Assembly: GCA_013214525.1 (NCBI GenBank)
Contig: JABSSG010000014.1
Location: 33,232-97,231 of the forward strand
DNA length: 64,000 bases
Direction: 5' to 3'
Origin: Rickettsiales bacterium
Lineage (GTDB): Bacteria > Pseudomonadota > Alphaproteobacteria > Rickettsiales > JABSSG01
This document shows, piece by piece, positions 9,064-18,760 of this stretch. Numbering within the stretch: the first letter of the stretch is position 1; each line of letters starts with the position of its first letter. A program made the position numbers and the translations under genes. The notes under the pieces were generated by a model. The model was not told the DNA's origin. It saw only the letters and a list, made by a program, of their open reading frames with translations, and ran no database searches.

Positions 9064-9606
9064 TCATCCATAAGGATTTTCTACTGCACCTGGTTCTCCT
9101 ATTAAACCTGCAGGAAATCCTTCTCCCTCCATTGGCAACTGAAATTGTCCTTTTCCTTGAAGACAATGATATGCTAAGACACTAAATATAGTGACTCCCA
9201 CACCAGCACCAAATGAATATATCCAACTATACTGAGAGTTTACATTAGGAATATTTTCAGTGTCAGCTGTTGATTTTGTGATGATATCGGAATCATCTTG
9301 TATAATTTTGGGTGGTGTTTCCTCTGAGTAAGATAATGTAGGTATATGTTGGCTCTGAACTGGTGCAATCTTGTTACAAGTAATGAACCCCTCTTCTTCT
9401 AATGCTTTAACACAAAACTTTGCATTGTAATTTCCAGAGATCTTGAATATATCAACATCTCCTAATTCTTGCCAAGATTCAATTTCTTTACCTTGCTTAT
9501 TGCAGATTTTTATATTTTTTGCTTTGAGTGCTTCAAAACATTTTTCTGTTCTATCATCCTCGTCTTCAACAAGATTATCTATAAAATCAAAAAGATTAAA
9601 GGCCAT
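9064..9606 (-). CDS. Hypothetical protein with C-terminal Gly-zipper TM helix
   Basis: The track ORF is 9064..9618. The second ATG (9606) has a GAGGAG SD 5 nt upstream, so MAFNLFDF... is the likelier start. No signal peptide. There is a single TM near the C-terminus (WIYSFGAGVGVTIFSVLAY), then a Gly/Pro tail GLIGEPGAVENPYG. Confidence 0.5.
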   Translation of the reverse strand: MAFNLFDFIDNLVEDEDDRTEKCFEALKAKNIKICNKQGKEIESWQELGDVDIFKISGNYNAKFCVKALEEEGFITCNKIAPVQSQHIPTLSYSEETPPKIIQDDSDIITKSTADTENIPNVNSQYSWIYSFGAGVGVTIFSVLAYHCLQGKGQFQLPMEGEGFPAGLIGEPGAVENPYG

Positions 9607-9623
9607 AACTCTCCTCATTAATT

Positions 9624-9674
9624 AGTATACTAATCGTACTTAAAAACCGGAGTCTTCAGGTATGATTAGTATAT
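9624..9674. repeat. Family-1 mini-element (two TIRs back to back)
   Basis: agtatactaatcgtacttaaaaaccggagtcttcaggtatgattagtatat. The reverse complement of its 3' part, atatactaatcatacctgaagactccggtttttaag, matches the left end of copy B, atacccattggacttgaaggctccgatttttaag. Confidence 0.6.
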
Positions 9675-9763
9675 TATACTCATAATATTTTAATTCATTA
9701 TTAGAATTTTAAAACTAGGAGTTTTTAAGTATAATAGACTGCATAAAAAAAGCAGTAAGAGTT

Positions 9764-10309
9764 ATGAATGAAATTGAATTTATAAAAGCAAGTTTAAAAT
9801 ATAAGCAAATAATATTCTCATGGCTAGACGAGCCTCATATGATAGAATTTTGGGATAATAGCCAAGAACATAAAGATGATATCTTGAATTTCATTCATAA
9901 TAGAAAACAACATTATTTCTCTGGTACAACACAATATTTTATTGGTCTTATTAATAATGAGCCATTTGCCTTTTTGCTTGCTGACGTTATAAGTCCTGAA
10001 GAAAATTTACCTCTAGTTCAGGAAAATCATATGCCTAAACATGGGCATGCTATATCAATAGATTTTGGTATAGGAAATAAAGACTATCTTGGTAAAGGGT
10101 TAGCAACTTCAACTCTTAAAAAATTTATCTCATATTACCAAGAACAAATAGATAACAAGGCTAATACATTTTTTATTGATCCCTCTGAAAATAATTCACG
10201 TGCAAAGCACGTTTATAAAAAAGCAGGTTTTAAATACATTGGTAAGTTTAATCCAACTGAAGGGGCTTTTATTGATGTTCCACATTTATTGATGGTAAAG
10301 AAATTCTAG
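9764..10309 (+). CDS. GNAT acetyltransferase, AAC(6')-Ib-like (Acetyltransf_8 type)
   Basis: 181 aa. WLDEPHMIEFWDN, LGKGLATSTLKKF and IDPSENNSRAKHVYKKAGF parallel WLNRSHIVEWW, LGKGLGTKLVRAL and TDPSPSNLRAIRCYEKAGF of AAC(6')-Ib as I remember it. Confidence 0.6.
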   Translation: MNEIEFIKASLKYKQIIFSWLDEPHMIEFWDNSQEHKDDILNFIHNRKQHYFSGTTQYFIGLINNEPFAFLLADVISPEENLPLVQENHMPKHGHAISIDFGIGNKDYLGKGLATSTLKKFISYYQEQIDNKANTFFIDPSENNSRAKHVYKKAGFKYIGKFNPTEGAFIDVPHLLMVKKF

Positions 10310-11154
10310 GCAATTAAATTAAATGATAATGATCGAATTTTTCCTAACAGATCTTTTCTAAATTCTTGTAATTTGAAATTATAGTAAGAGGCTATTTTAG
10401 TAACCTCACTAAATTGTCCTGCACCTATCTCAACTATACAAATGCCATCTTCTTTTAGAAAGTTTCCTGCAATTTCAAAAATTTTTCTATAACAATCTAA
10501 TCCATCTTTCCCTCCATCTAAAGCGGTTATAGGTTCATAATTTTTTACATCTTTTTGGAGAGTGACAATATCTTTACTTTCTATATAAGGAGGATTTGAA
10601 ATGATTAAATCAAATTTATTTTCTAATTTCAGGTCAGACCAATTTGATTTTAAAAATTTTGCTCTTTTTACTAAATTTAATAATTCAGCATTTTTTCTTG
10701 CTATTTGTATAGCACCTTCGGAAATATCAACTCCAACACCAGTAGTATGTGGTATAGCACTTAACAATGTTAAAATTAGACACCCAGATCCAGTTCCTAA
10801 ATCAAGAATTGAACCTGCTGCTTGTGTTTGCAAATATGATAGTGCTAATTCAATTAAGGTTTCACTATCAGGTCTAGGAATTAGTACATTCTTATCAACA
10901 ATAAAATCAATATCGTAGAATTCTTTTTTGCCTATTATATAAGCGATAGGTTCATTGTATTGTCGCCTCTTGATAAGTTTAAAAAATTTTGTAGTTAGCT
11001 CAGAAGAAATTTCTTCATTGCTTTTTAATAATAAAGTTTCAGTGTTATATGACGTAATATATGAAAGTATAATCCTAGAGTCTAGAGCTGCAGAATTTAT
11101 ATTATTTTCATTTAATATTTTTGTTCCTTCACGTAATAAATCTGTTATACGCAT
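10306..11154 (-). CDS. prmC: Release-factor glutamine N5-methyltransferase
   Basis: 282 aa. SAM motif ILDLGTGSGC and catalytic IISNPPYI. Confidence 0.85.
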   Translation of the reverse strand: MRITDLLREGTKILNENNINSAALDSRIILSYITSYNTETLLLKSNEEISSELTTKFFKLIKRRQYNEPIAYIIGKKEFYDIDFIVDKNVLIPRPDSETLIELALSYLQTQAAGSILDLGTGSGCLILTLLSAIPHTTGVGVDISEGAIQIARKNAELLNLVKRAKFLKSNWSDLKLENKFDLIISNPPYIESKDIVTLQKDVKNYEPITALDGGKDGLDCYRKIFEIAGNFLKEDGICIVEIGAGQFSEVTKIASYYNFKLQEFRKDLLGKIRSLSFNLIA

Positions 11155-11162
11155 TGGAGTTG

Positions 11163-11846
11163 TTAGGATTTTAAAGAGGAGAAATATCTAATCACTTCGT
11201 CATGATTTGAAAAATGTATTGTAGGTTGGTAATTTGTGTACGCCTCTGATGTATAATCATCTGTTCCAAAAAATACAGGAAGACATTGAGAATTATGTGC
11301 TGCTGCCATATCAGTTGCTGAATCACCAACAAACCATACTTCTTGATTTGGTTCCATACCAATATCTTTAAGAGCTTTAAATACAGGTAAGGGTGATGGT
11401 TTATCTTCTTTTAAATCACCAGAACCTACAATAGATAAAAAGTATTTTTCTGCTCCTAGATCTTTTAGTTCATTTATCAATAATTCTTTAGCTTTATTAC
11501 TTACAATAGCCATTTTTATATCTTTCTTTCCTATTTCTTCCAATGCCTTTTCTGCTTTTGGTAGAAAAGCGATATTTGACTTTGCAAGTTGCTTATATGA
11601 TTCTATAAATACTTTTCTTACCTCGTCATGATTTTGTTTATGAAAACGTTTTTCTATAAAGCTTTTTGCACACATACGCCTATGTTCCATTAACTCTCTT
11701 TCAGACATCGGCGGTGAGTTAAATCTAATAAGAGTATCTTGTATAGAATCACAAATTAAACTCAATGAATCTACAAGAGTATTATCCCAATCAAATATGA
11801 TTAGTTTTGGTTTAGTTAATTCAATATTTTGGACTAAAATTTTCAT
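11163..11846 (-). CDS. HAD-superfamily hydrolase (phosphoglycolate-phosphatase-like)
   Basis: 227 aa. Motif I LIIFDWDNTLVDS, motif II VSNK, motif IV GDSATDMAAA. It abuts the ntrX stop. Confidence 0.65.
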   Translation of the reverse strand: MKILVQNIELTKPKLIIFDWDNTLVDSLSLICDSIQDTLIRFNSPPMSERELMEHRRMCAKSFIEKRFHKQNHDEVRKVFIESYKQLAKSNIAFLPKAEKALEEIGKKDIKMAIVSNKAKELLINELKDLGAEKYFLSIVGSGDLKEDKPSPLPVFKALKDIGMEPNQEVWFVGDSATDMAAAHNSQCLPVFFGTDDYTSEAYTNYQPTIHFSNHDEVIRYFSSLKS

Positions 11847-13253
11847 TTAAGCTGGCTCTTTTACTTTAACAACTGGTTCTATTGGTTCTTTAATTATACT
11901 GTTAGTACCCTCATAAGTGTTTACATTTAAAAGTTTTAATTTTCTATGTAAAGCAGATCTCTCCATCCCTATAAAATTGGAAGCTCTTGAAATATTATTA
12001 CCAAATCTATTCATTTGTTCTTGTAAATATCTTCTTTCAAACATTTCTCTAGCTTTTTTTAGAGGAATAGACATAATCTCTGCGTCCATTTGTAGTACTG
12101 TAGACCTTATCTTATTTAAAAAATATAATGGCAACATACTTGTAGTAACAGTAGTTTTTCCTTGAATTTTAGCTAAAATCATTAACCATTCTAAGGTGTT
12201 TTTAAACTGTTTAACATTGCCTGGCCATTCGTAACTTCTAAATTTCTCCATTACGTCTTCGCTTATAGTTATTTTTCTTAAGTTTGAATTTTTTGCAAAA
12301 TAACTTATAAAATATGTACATAATGCACAAATATCATCTTTTCTTTCTCGTAAGGATGGTGCTGTAATCTGTACGGCACTTAATCTGTAATAAAGATCTT
12401 GAAGAAAATTTCCTTTTTTTACTTCTTTTTTTAGATCAATAGAAGAAGATCCAATTATTCTTACATCCATATTACTCTCGCGTTTCGAACTATGTTTTTT
12501 CAAAAGCTTAAGAATTTTATGTTGTAAATTGAGAGGTAATAGTCCAATTTCACTTATAAATAATGTGCCATTTCTTAATAACTCCAAAAGATTCAATCCA
12601 TTGTTAGTATCACTAAATACTTCTTGTGTTGCTTTCTCATGTAATAAAACAGAAGAATTTATTTTTATGAAGGGAGCACGTCTATTTGACTGTTTATGTA
12701 TGGTTCTTGCCACTAATTCTTTACCAGCGCCAAACTCACCTTCAATTAAAATTTTTGAAGCAGTGTTTGCTACTTTATTTATTGTAGATTTTAAACTAAC
12801 AATGGGTTGACTATTGCCAATTAATTCTGCTTTTTTTGTTATTTTCTTTTTTAGTTCTGCATTCTCCTTTTTTAATATTAAAGTTTCTGCTGCACGTTTT
12901 ACAGTCACTAAGAGTTTACTGGAAGTAAATGGTTTTTCTATATAATCATATGCACCCATCTTAATAGAGTTTACAGCAATTTCAATTGTGCCATGTCCAC
13001 TAATCATAATCACTGGAATTAAAGGATATTTGCGTTTTACTAACTCTAAAATGCCCAATCCATCCAGATTACTATTTTGAAGCCATATATCTAATAATAT
13101 TAAATTTGGCGATAATTTACTTATCTTCTCGAGTGCTTCATCGCTATTTTTAGCTGATGAACAGCAAAATCCTTCATCTTGTAAGATATCTGAAATAAGA
13201 GTGCAGATATCTTCTTCGTCATCTATTATAAGAACGGTGGTACCATACATCAT
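11847..13253 (-). CDS. ntrX: NtrX-type response regulator (REC - degenerate AAA+ - Fis HTH)
   Basis: 468 aa. REC domain (VLIIDDEEDI ... LLDIWL), Walker A GEFGAGKE, WPGNVKQFKN, C-terminal HTH ISRASNFIGMERSALHRKLK. It lies directly downstream of ntrY. Confidence 0.8.
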   Translation of the reverse strand: MMYGTTVLIIDDEEDICTLISDILQDEGFCCSSAKNSDEALEKISKLSPNLILLDIWLQNSNLDGLGILELVKRKYPLIPVIMISGHGTIEIAVNSIKMGAYDYIEKPFTSSKLLVTVKRAAETLILKKENAELKKKITKKAELIGNSQPIVSLKSTINKVANTASKILIEGEFGAGKELVARTIHKQSNRRAPFIKINSSVLLHEKATQEVFSDTNNGLNLLELLRNGTLFISEIGLLPLNLQHKILKLLKKHSSKRESNMDVRIIGSSSIDLKKEVKKGNFLQDLYYRLSAVQITAPSLRERKDDICALCTYFISYFAKNSNLRKITISEDVMEKFRSYEWPGNVKQFKNTLEWLMILAKIQGKTTVTTSMLPLYFLNKIRSTVLQMDAEIMSIPLKKAREMFERRYLQEQMNRFGNNISRASNFIGMERSALHRKLKLLNVNTYEGTNSIIKEPIEPVVKVKEPA

Positions 13254-13266
13254 ATGTTTACAGCTA

Positions 13267-15459
13267 TTAAGTTAACTCTTTTTCTCTCTCTAAATTCAAC
13301 AACATATCTTTATGTTTTAAATTAGTAGGCAGGATAATTTCAACTATTGCATTATCATAATTGCCATTCTTGATTATAAGCTCACCTTCGTGGTCATCAA
13401 CAATTTTTTTTACTATTGCAAGTCCTAACCCTGTTCCTTTTGCTTTAGTAGTAAAATATGGTTCAATAATTTTGTTTATTGAGGATTTTTTAAAACCTTG
13501 GCCACTGTCTTCTACAATAATATGTGCGGCATTAGATTTTTTATATAAAGATACGTTTATAAATTTTTCTTTTTTATGATTTATAATACCTCGTAATGCT
13601 TCCTCTGAATTTTTGATTACGTTTGTTAATAGTTGGCGTATTTGTGTCGAATCGAAACATCCTATTATATTTTTTTCTATATTTGCTTCAAATTTAATAT
13701 CTTTGCCAATAATTTTACGAGAAAAGATTACATCAGTAATTAACCTACTCAAATCTACTCTGTCAAACATAGGAGTAGGCATTCTAGCAAATTTGGAGAA
13801 CTCTTCTATTATTTCTCCTATATCTTGAGAGTGTCTTATAATTGTATTGACATACATGTTAAAATCTTTTTTATCTTTTATATATTTTGAATATTTTTCC
13901 TTAATTCTTTCTGCTCCAAGCTGTATTGGTGTTAAAGGATTTTTCACTTCATGAGCAATTTTTCGTGCAATATCAGACCAAGCTTTATATCTCTGTGCCT
14001 GAATAATCTGTGTCATATCATCAAATGCTATAATATAGCTTATAACATTATTTTGTTTATCAACATCCTTACCTACTTTAACCAGAAAAGTCAGTGCACG
14101 TCCTTTAATTCTAGATTTTACTTCTCCACTAATTTCTTTAGTTTTTGAGTTAGAGATTTTATTTATTAAACCAAGAAATTCAGGTAATAATTGGAATAAA
14201 TCTAAACTCTTTATATCAGATTTTTTCAGACCTAGCAGTTTCATACCAGATTCGTTGATAAGTGTTACTTTACGATTAGAAGAAACTGCGATAATTCCTG
14301 TAGAAACCCCCGATAATACCACCTCCATAAATTTTCTTTTTTGATCTATTTCATTATATGCATGGATCAGTTTTTCTTGTTGTTCTGATATTCTCTCAGT
14401 CATTAGATTAAAAGCTCTGGAAAGATTTGCTATCTCGTCATTTTCTGGTCCTTCAGGTAATTTAACTGCGAATTTTCATTTCTTTACTTTTTCGGTTGCT
14501 AATACAAGCCTTATAATTGGATCAAGTATAGCTTTAGAAAAAGATATGCCAATAATGCCTGCGATTAAAAGCAACACTATGGAGATCATTAAAAACGCAA
14601 AAGAAGACTTTAATTGTAATTCCATTATATTGCTTTTAATGGAATTATATTTAGTTGCAGCATTCTGGGATTGTTTTATATGTTTTACAATAGCATTGTC
14701 TATTTGCTTACCAATAACTAAAAAACTATTTGGCGTGCTATGTAAGGCTGTTATAGCACGAATTTTATTAAGTTTTTTAAATATAACAGTTTCTCCATTT
14801 GCTGCCCTTTTATAATATTCATCAGGTATTCTCTCAAGAGACAATGAAATACCAAATCTACTTCTAAGAACTGGGGCATGTCCATAAAATATAGCGGCCT
14901 CAGACATATCATTTAACTCGACAAAAGAGTTAATTACGTCAAAAAATAATTTAGGTTTAGAGGCTAAATCATGTTTAATTATGTTGTCGTCTAGTTCACT
15001 AGCAATAGATTTAGCTTTCATTTTTATCATCTCTTGATTTTCTTTAAGATATGATTCAGCTACAAGAACTGATTCTTCTAGCACTGTTGTAATTTTTTTA
15101 TCAAACCAAGATTCAACTACATAATAAAGAAAGAAATTAGCAATTATTGCTAAAATTAAAGTTGGGACACCTGAGAGCAAACTAAAAATTAATAGGATTC
15201 TTTTTTGTAATCTTGATCCATAAAGCTTTCGTTTCTTATTTATTCTACTGAAAAATATTTTTCTAAATACGAAAGACATAAGAAAAACAAAGAGGAGCAG
15301 ATCTAAAATCAAAATAAAAACAAGGTAACGATTATACTTTCCTGTGTCCCAATTGCTTTCAAGCAAGAAGAAGGTGCCTGTGAGAGACACAGCTAATAAG
15401 AGTATTAAAAACGTTGCTCTTATTTTTATGAAAGAAAAAAAGTGTTTAACTTTTTGCAT
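13267..15459 (-). pseudogene. ntrY: ntrY sensor kinase reading frame interrupted by one in-frame TGA (14476..14478)
   Basis: Track ORFs 14476..15459 (TM sensor plus start of HAMP) and 13267..14403 (PAS, H-box AHEVKNPLTPI, HATPase) are in the same frame (15459-14403=1056). The 72 nt between them have no stop and encode KFAVKLPEGPENDEIANLSRAFNL, which is the rest of the HAMP domain. Confidence 0.7.
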
Positions 15460-15730
15460 TTGGGTTGATTTTTAGTGCTTTAATTTTTTTACGTAGTGTT
15501 GCTCTACTTAACCCGAGAACTGAAGCAGCCTGTGATTGATTTCCCTTTGTTGCTTTTATAGTTGAACAAAACAAGCTCTTTTCAAATTGAAAAAGCATTT
15601 TTCTATATAAATCAGCACTCCTTAAACTATCTATATTATTAGGAACAAATTCACTAATATAACTGTCTATAAATTCATAAAATGATTTTTGTTTTGTCTT
15701 CATTATTCTATTTACTCTGAAGCTGTTCAT
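15446..15730 (-). CDS. Fis-family small DNA-binding protein
   Basis: 94 aa. The C-terminus KGNQSQAASVLGLSRATLRKKIKAL matches the Fis HTH ([22 protein letters not shown]). It overlaps the ntrY start by 14 nt. Confidence 0.65.
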   Translation of the reverse strand: MNSFRVNRIMKTKQKSFYEFIDSYISEFVPNNIDSLRSADLYRKMLFQFEKSLFCSTIKATKGNQSQAASVLGLSRATLRKKIKALKINPNAKS

Positions 15731-15876
15731 TATAATATATTTATCTAAAATTTCAACTTTAAAAAACTTCTGAGTTTTTGGATGTGATGAATATAAAAAT
15801 TCTTGTTTTATAACTAAAAGAAGTTATAAATCACCCTAATAATATCTACTATAAGTTTAAGTAAAAGGAGAAAAGA

Positions 15877-18588
15877 ATGGTATCTCATATAGATATAGCG
15901 ATAGTAATTGCTTATATGTTTTTTTGTTTGGTAATAGGGTTGCTTAAATATGGTAAGATTAAAAATATACGTGACTATACACTTGGTACTAAACCTTTTC
16001 CAACTATCGTATTAATGGCAACAACTCTTGCTACTGTAATAGGCACAGGGCGTATAATTGGTAATACAGAGAAAGTATATGAATTAGGAATAATTTATAT
16101 GATTTCTTTTATTTTTGTTCCTATATCTTGGCTTATTCTAACAAGAATGCTTCTTCCTAATATTCAAATATTTCGTAAACATAAATTTATTTCATTAAGC
16201 GATATTATGGAATATTGGTATGGTAAGTTAGGCAGATGGGTAACTAATGTCATATCAATATTGATAGCAGTTGCAGTTGCTGCAAGTAGTGCTATAGCTA
16301 TTGGCTATCTCCTGCATCACTTTTTAGGTATCTCAGAAACTATAGGCATAATTATTGGTTTAGGTGTTGTTACAATTTATTCTGCATTTGGAGGTATAAC
16401 TTCTGTTGCTTTTACTGATGTATTTCAATTTTTAATATTTTTTATAGCCCTACCTATCGCTTGTTTTATTAGTTATCAGGACACAGGAGGGCTTGAAAAA
16501 ATATGGCATTCACTACCAGAAACACATACACATATTAAAGTAGATAATATTCCTTTATTTGTTAGTTTCATATTTTATTCATCACTGCCTTATATTGATA
16601 TTTCAAGTATTCAAAGAGTTTTAATAGCGAAGGATAGGGAGCAATTATTGCGGGCTTTTATAGGGGTAGCAATTTTAACAATTCCTCTAATGATGATAGT
16701 GTGTTTTATAGCTTCAGTAACTTACCATGATAATCCTAATATTGAATCTGGTAAAGTATTGTATCATTTTATAGATAATTATTTACCTCCAGTTTTGAAA
16801 GGGTTTATGATAGCTGGGATTTTGGCAGTTATAATGTCTACTCAAGATTCTTACTTAAATACCACAGGTGTATTGATATCACATGATGTTTGCAAGCAAA
16901 TTTGGCCTTCTTTGACGGATAGACAAGAATTATTTATTGCTCGTATTTCTTGTGTTGTTATAGCTTTAATTTCTATCTCAATGATTGTTTTAACAAAGGG
17001 TATTATGGATATGATATGGATTGCTGGTAGTTTTTCAGCACCATTAGTAGCAACTCCATTAATGGCAGGACTGATCGGAGCACGAATTAATAAAAGTTCA
17101 TTTATTGGTGTAGTGATCTTTTCACTTATAGCCATAGTAATTACACGTTTTGTTACAGGAGTATTTGATACAAGAAGTCTTGCGGTTGGTATGGTAACTT
17201 CAGCTATTGTTTTGTATATCTTACACAAAAGAAATAAAGGAGAGTCTGTATTTTCTTTTCCTAGAATTAATGTGAATTTGTTATTTAATAAACTAAATGA
17301 GCAAGTATTAAATAGTTCTTATTCTATTAATTCTTTATATAGGGTTGGTGTAGTTCTTTGTGGTAATTTTTTAGTTGGAGTAGCTTTTGCAAATTTAGAT
17401 TTCTTTACTCCATTTAATGTTACTCTTATTGTTATATCAAGTTTATTGATGTTGCTTTTACTAAATGAATTCTGGAATTATAGATTAAAGAGGTATTCCA
17501 TTGATATTTGGAAGGCTTGTCTCACCATTGGTCTATTATTTGTTCCTTCTTACATATTTTTTGCACATGACTTTCATATGCTTTGGTTATGTAATCTTAT
17601 ACTGTCGACAATTTTATTTATTGTGATGAGTGATATTGTAGTTGGTATTGCATTTGCAGCAATTGCTGGGTCAATTGGCTATCTCCTTTCTCAGATTTTT
17701 TATTTCAATGTAAGTTTAGTATCAAGAGAGTTTGGAAATATTTCATGTGCTGCAATGTTAATTGCAATTGTTATACAAATATATAATCGTCATACTATTA
17801 CTAAGAATACTTATAGGGAAATAATGCGAGAAGTGGATAGAAAAACTGAAGAAAGAGCTGTAGAACTTAAGAAAGCTCTCAATATAAAAAAAGAATTCCT
17901 AAATAAATTAAGCCATGAAATCAAAAATCCTATACATAATATGCTTGCCTTATCAGAAGGCATGTATGATTCGTGGTATGAATGGTCAGAAGAGGAAAGG
18001 CAAACATTTATTAAAGGAGTGATCGATAGTAAAAAAAGTTTGATGGATTATACTTCAAGTATTCTTGACCTTGCTTTATTGGAAGAGGAAAAAATGCCTC
18101 TTGATATAAAAAAAGGAGTAGATCTTATTGATCTTGCTAAAGATGCTATTAATAGAATTTCACCTCTTGTTATAAAACAGAACAAAAATATCGGTGTTGA
18201 GTTAGAAATACAAGCCTCAAAGCCAGCAATTGTTAAATGTGATTCTAAACGAATAAGTCAAGTAATAGATAGTATATTAAAAAATGCTATTACATATACC
18301 CAGTATGGTACAATTAAACTATCTATTGATACTAAAAAAGATTATGTAAGAGTATCTATAGCAGATCCAGGAGTGGGTATACCTGACGATGAAAAGTTAG
18401 AGATATTTACCCCATTTTTTGAAGGTAGTAGAACCAAGAGTTTAGCTAGAGGTAAAGGAGTTGGACTTTCTATTGCACAAAAGATAATGATTTTACACGG
18501 GAGTACTATTCAAGTGAAAGATAATGAAAGTAAACCAACTGGGTCAGTCTTTTCATTTATATTACCATCTAAAGACCTCGAATTTTAA
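15877..18588 (+). CDS. Hybrid SLC5/SSF domain - 6 TM - histidine kinase, paralogue 2
   Basis: 903 aa, collinear with 4350..7103 along its whole length. H-box FLNKLSHEIKNPI, N-box ILKNAITYT, G1 ADPGVGIP, G2 GKGVGLSIAQ. The first 19 codons are nucleotide-identical to paralogue 1. Confidence 0.8.
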   Translation: MVSHIDIAIVIAYMFFCLVIGLLKYGKIKNIRDYTLGTKPFPTIVLMATTLATVIGTGRIIGNTEKVYELGIIYMISFIFVPISWLILTRMLLPNIQIFRKHKFISLSDIMEYWYGKLGRWVTNVISILIAVAVAASSAIAIGYLLHHFLGISETIGIIIGLGVVTIYSAFGGITSVAFTDVFQFLIFFIALPIACFISYQDTGGLEKIWHSLPETHTHIKVDNIPLFVSFIFYSSLPYIDISSIQRVLIAKDREQLLRAFIGVAILTIPLMMIVCFIASVTYHDNPNIESGKVLYHFIDNYLPPVLKGFMIAGILAVIMSTQDSYLNTTGVLISHDVCKQIWPSLTDRQELFIARISCVVIALISISMIVLTKGIMDMIWIAGSFSAPLVATPLMAGLIGARINKSSFIGVVIFSLIAIVITRFVTGVFDTRSLAVGMVTSAIVLYILHKRNKGESVFSFPRINVNLLFNKLNEQVLNSSYSINSLYRVGVVLCGNFLVGVAFANLDFFTPFNVTLIVISSLLMLLLLNEFWNYRLKRYSIDIWKACLTIGLLFVPSYIFFAHDFHMLWLCNLILSTILFIVMSDIVVGIAFAAIAGSIGYLLSQIFYFNVSLVSREFGNISCAAMLIAIVIQIYNRHTITKNTYREIMREVDRKTEERAVELKKALNIKKEFLNKLSHEIKNPIHNMLALSEGMYDSWYEWSEEERQTFIKGVIDSKKSLMDYTSSILDLALLEEEKMPLDIKKGVDLIDLAKDAINRISPLVIKQNKNIGVELEIQASKPAIVKCDSKRISQVIDSILKNAITYTQYGTIKLSIDTKKDYVRVSIADPGVGIPDDEKLEIFTPFFEGSRTKSLARGKGVGLSIAQKIMILHGSTIQVKDNESKPTGSVFSFILPSKDLEF

Positions 18589-18760
18589 GTGTACTAAAAA
18601 TGTAGTCAGTGTATTTAGTGGGGAGGGTGATAGGAAATTACTCTCAAAAACTAAAGAATTTTTAGGTGTAATGAGTATAAACTATCATTCTGAAAGAAAA
18701 GAATATTGTATAACCTGCAAATCAGTTGCTTATGACTACAGGTTATACATTAACATATAA

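Noticed and set aside
14476-14478. The TGA in ntrY as selenocysteine, or as a genome-wide TGA-to-Trp reassignment
   Set aside because: There is no convincing SECIS-like hairpin immediately downstream. The aligned HAMP position is Gly, not Cys or Trp. TGA clearly terminates other genes here (virB6-like gene at 4202, tkt at 30699, xerD at 28041).
18524-18760. ORF 18524..18760, and hairpin gtataacctg/caggttatac (18708..18748) as a terminator
   Set aside because: The ORF overlaps the kinase 3' end and has no RBS or motif. The hairpin has a 21-nt loop and no clear T-tract, so terminator assignment is too weak to list as a feature.
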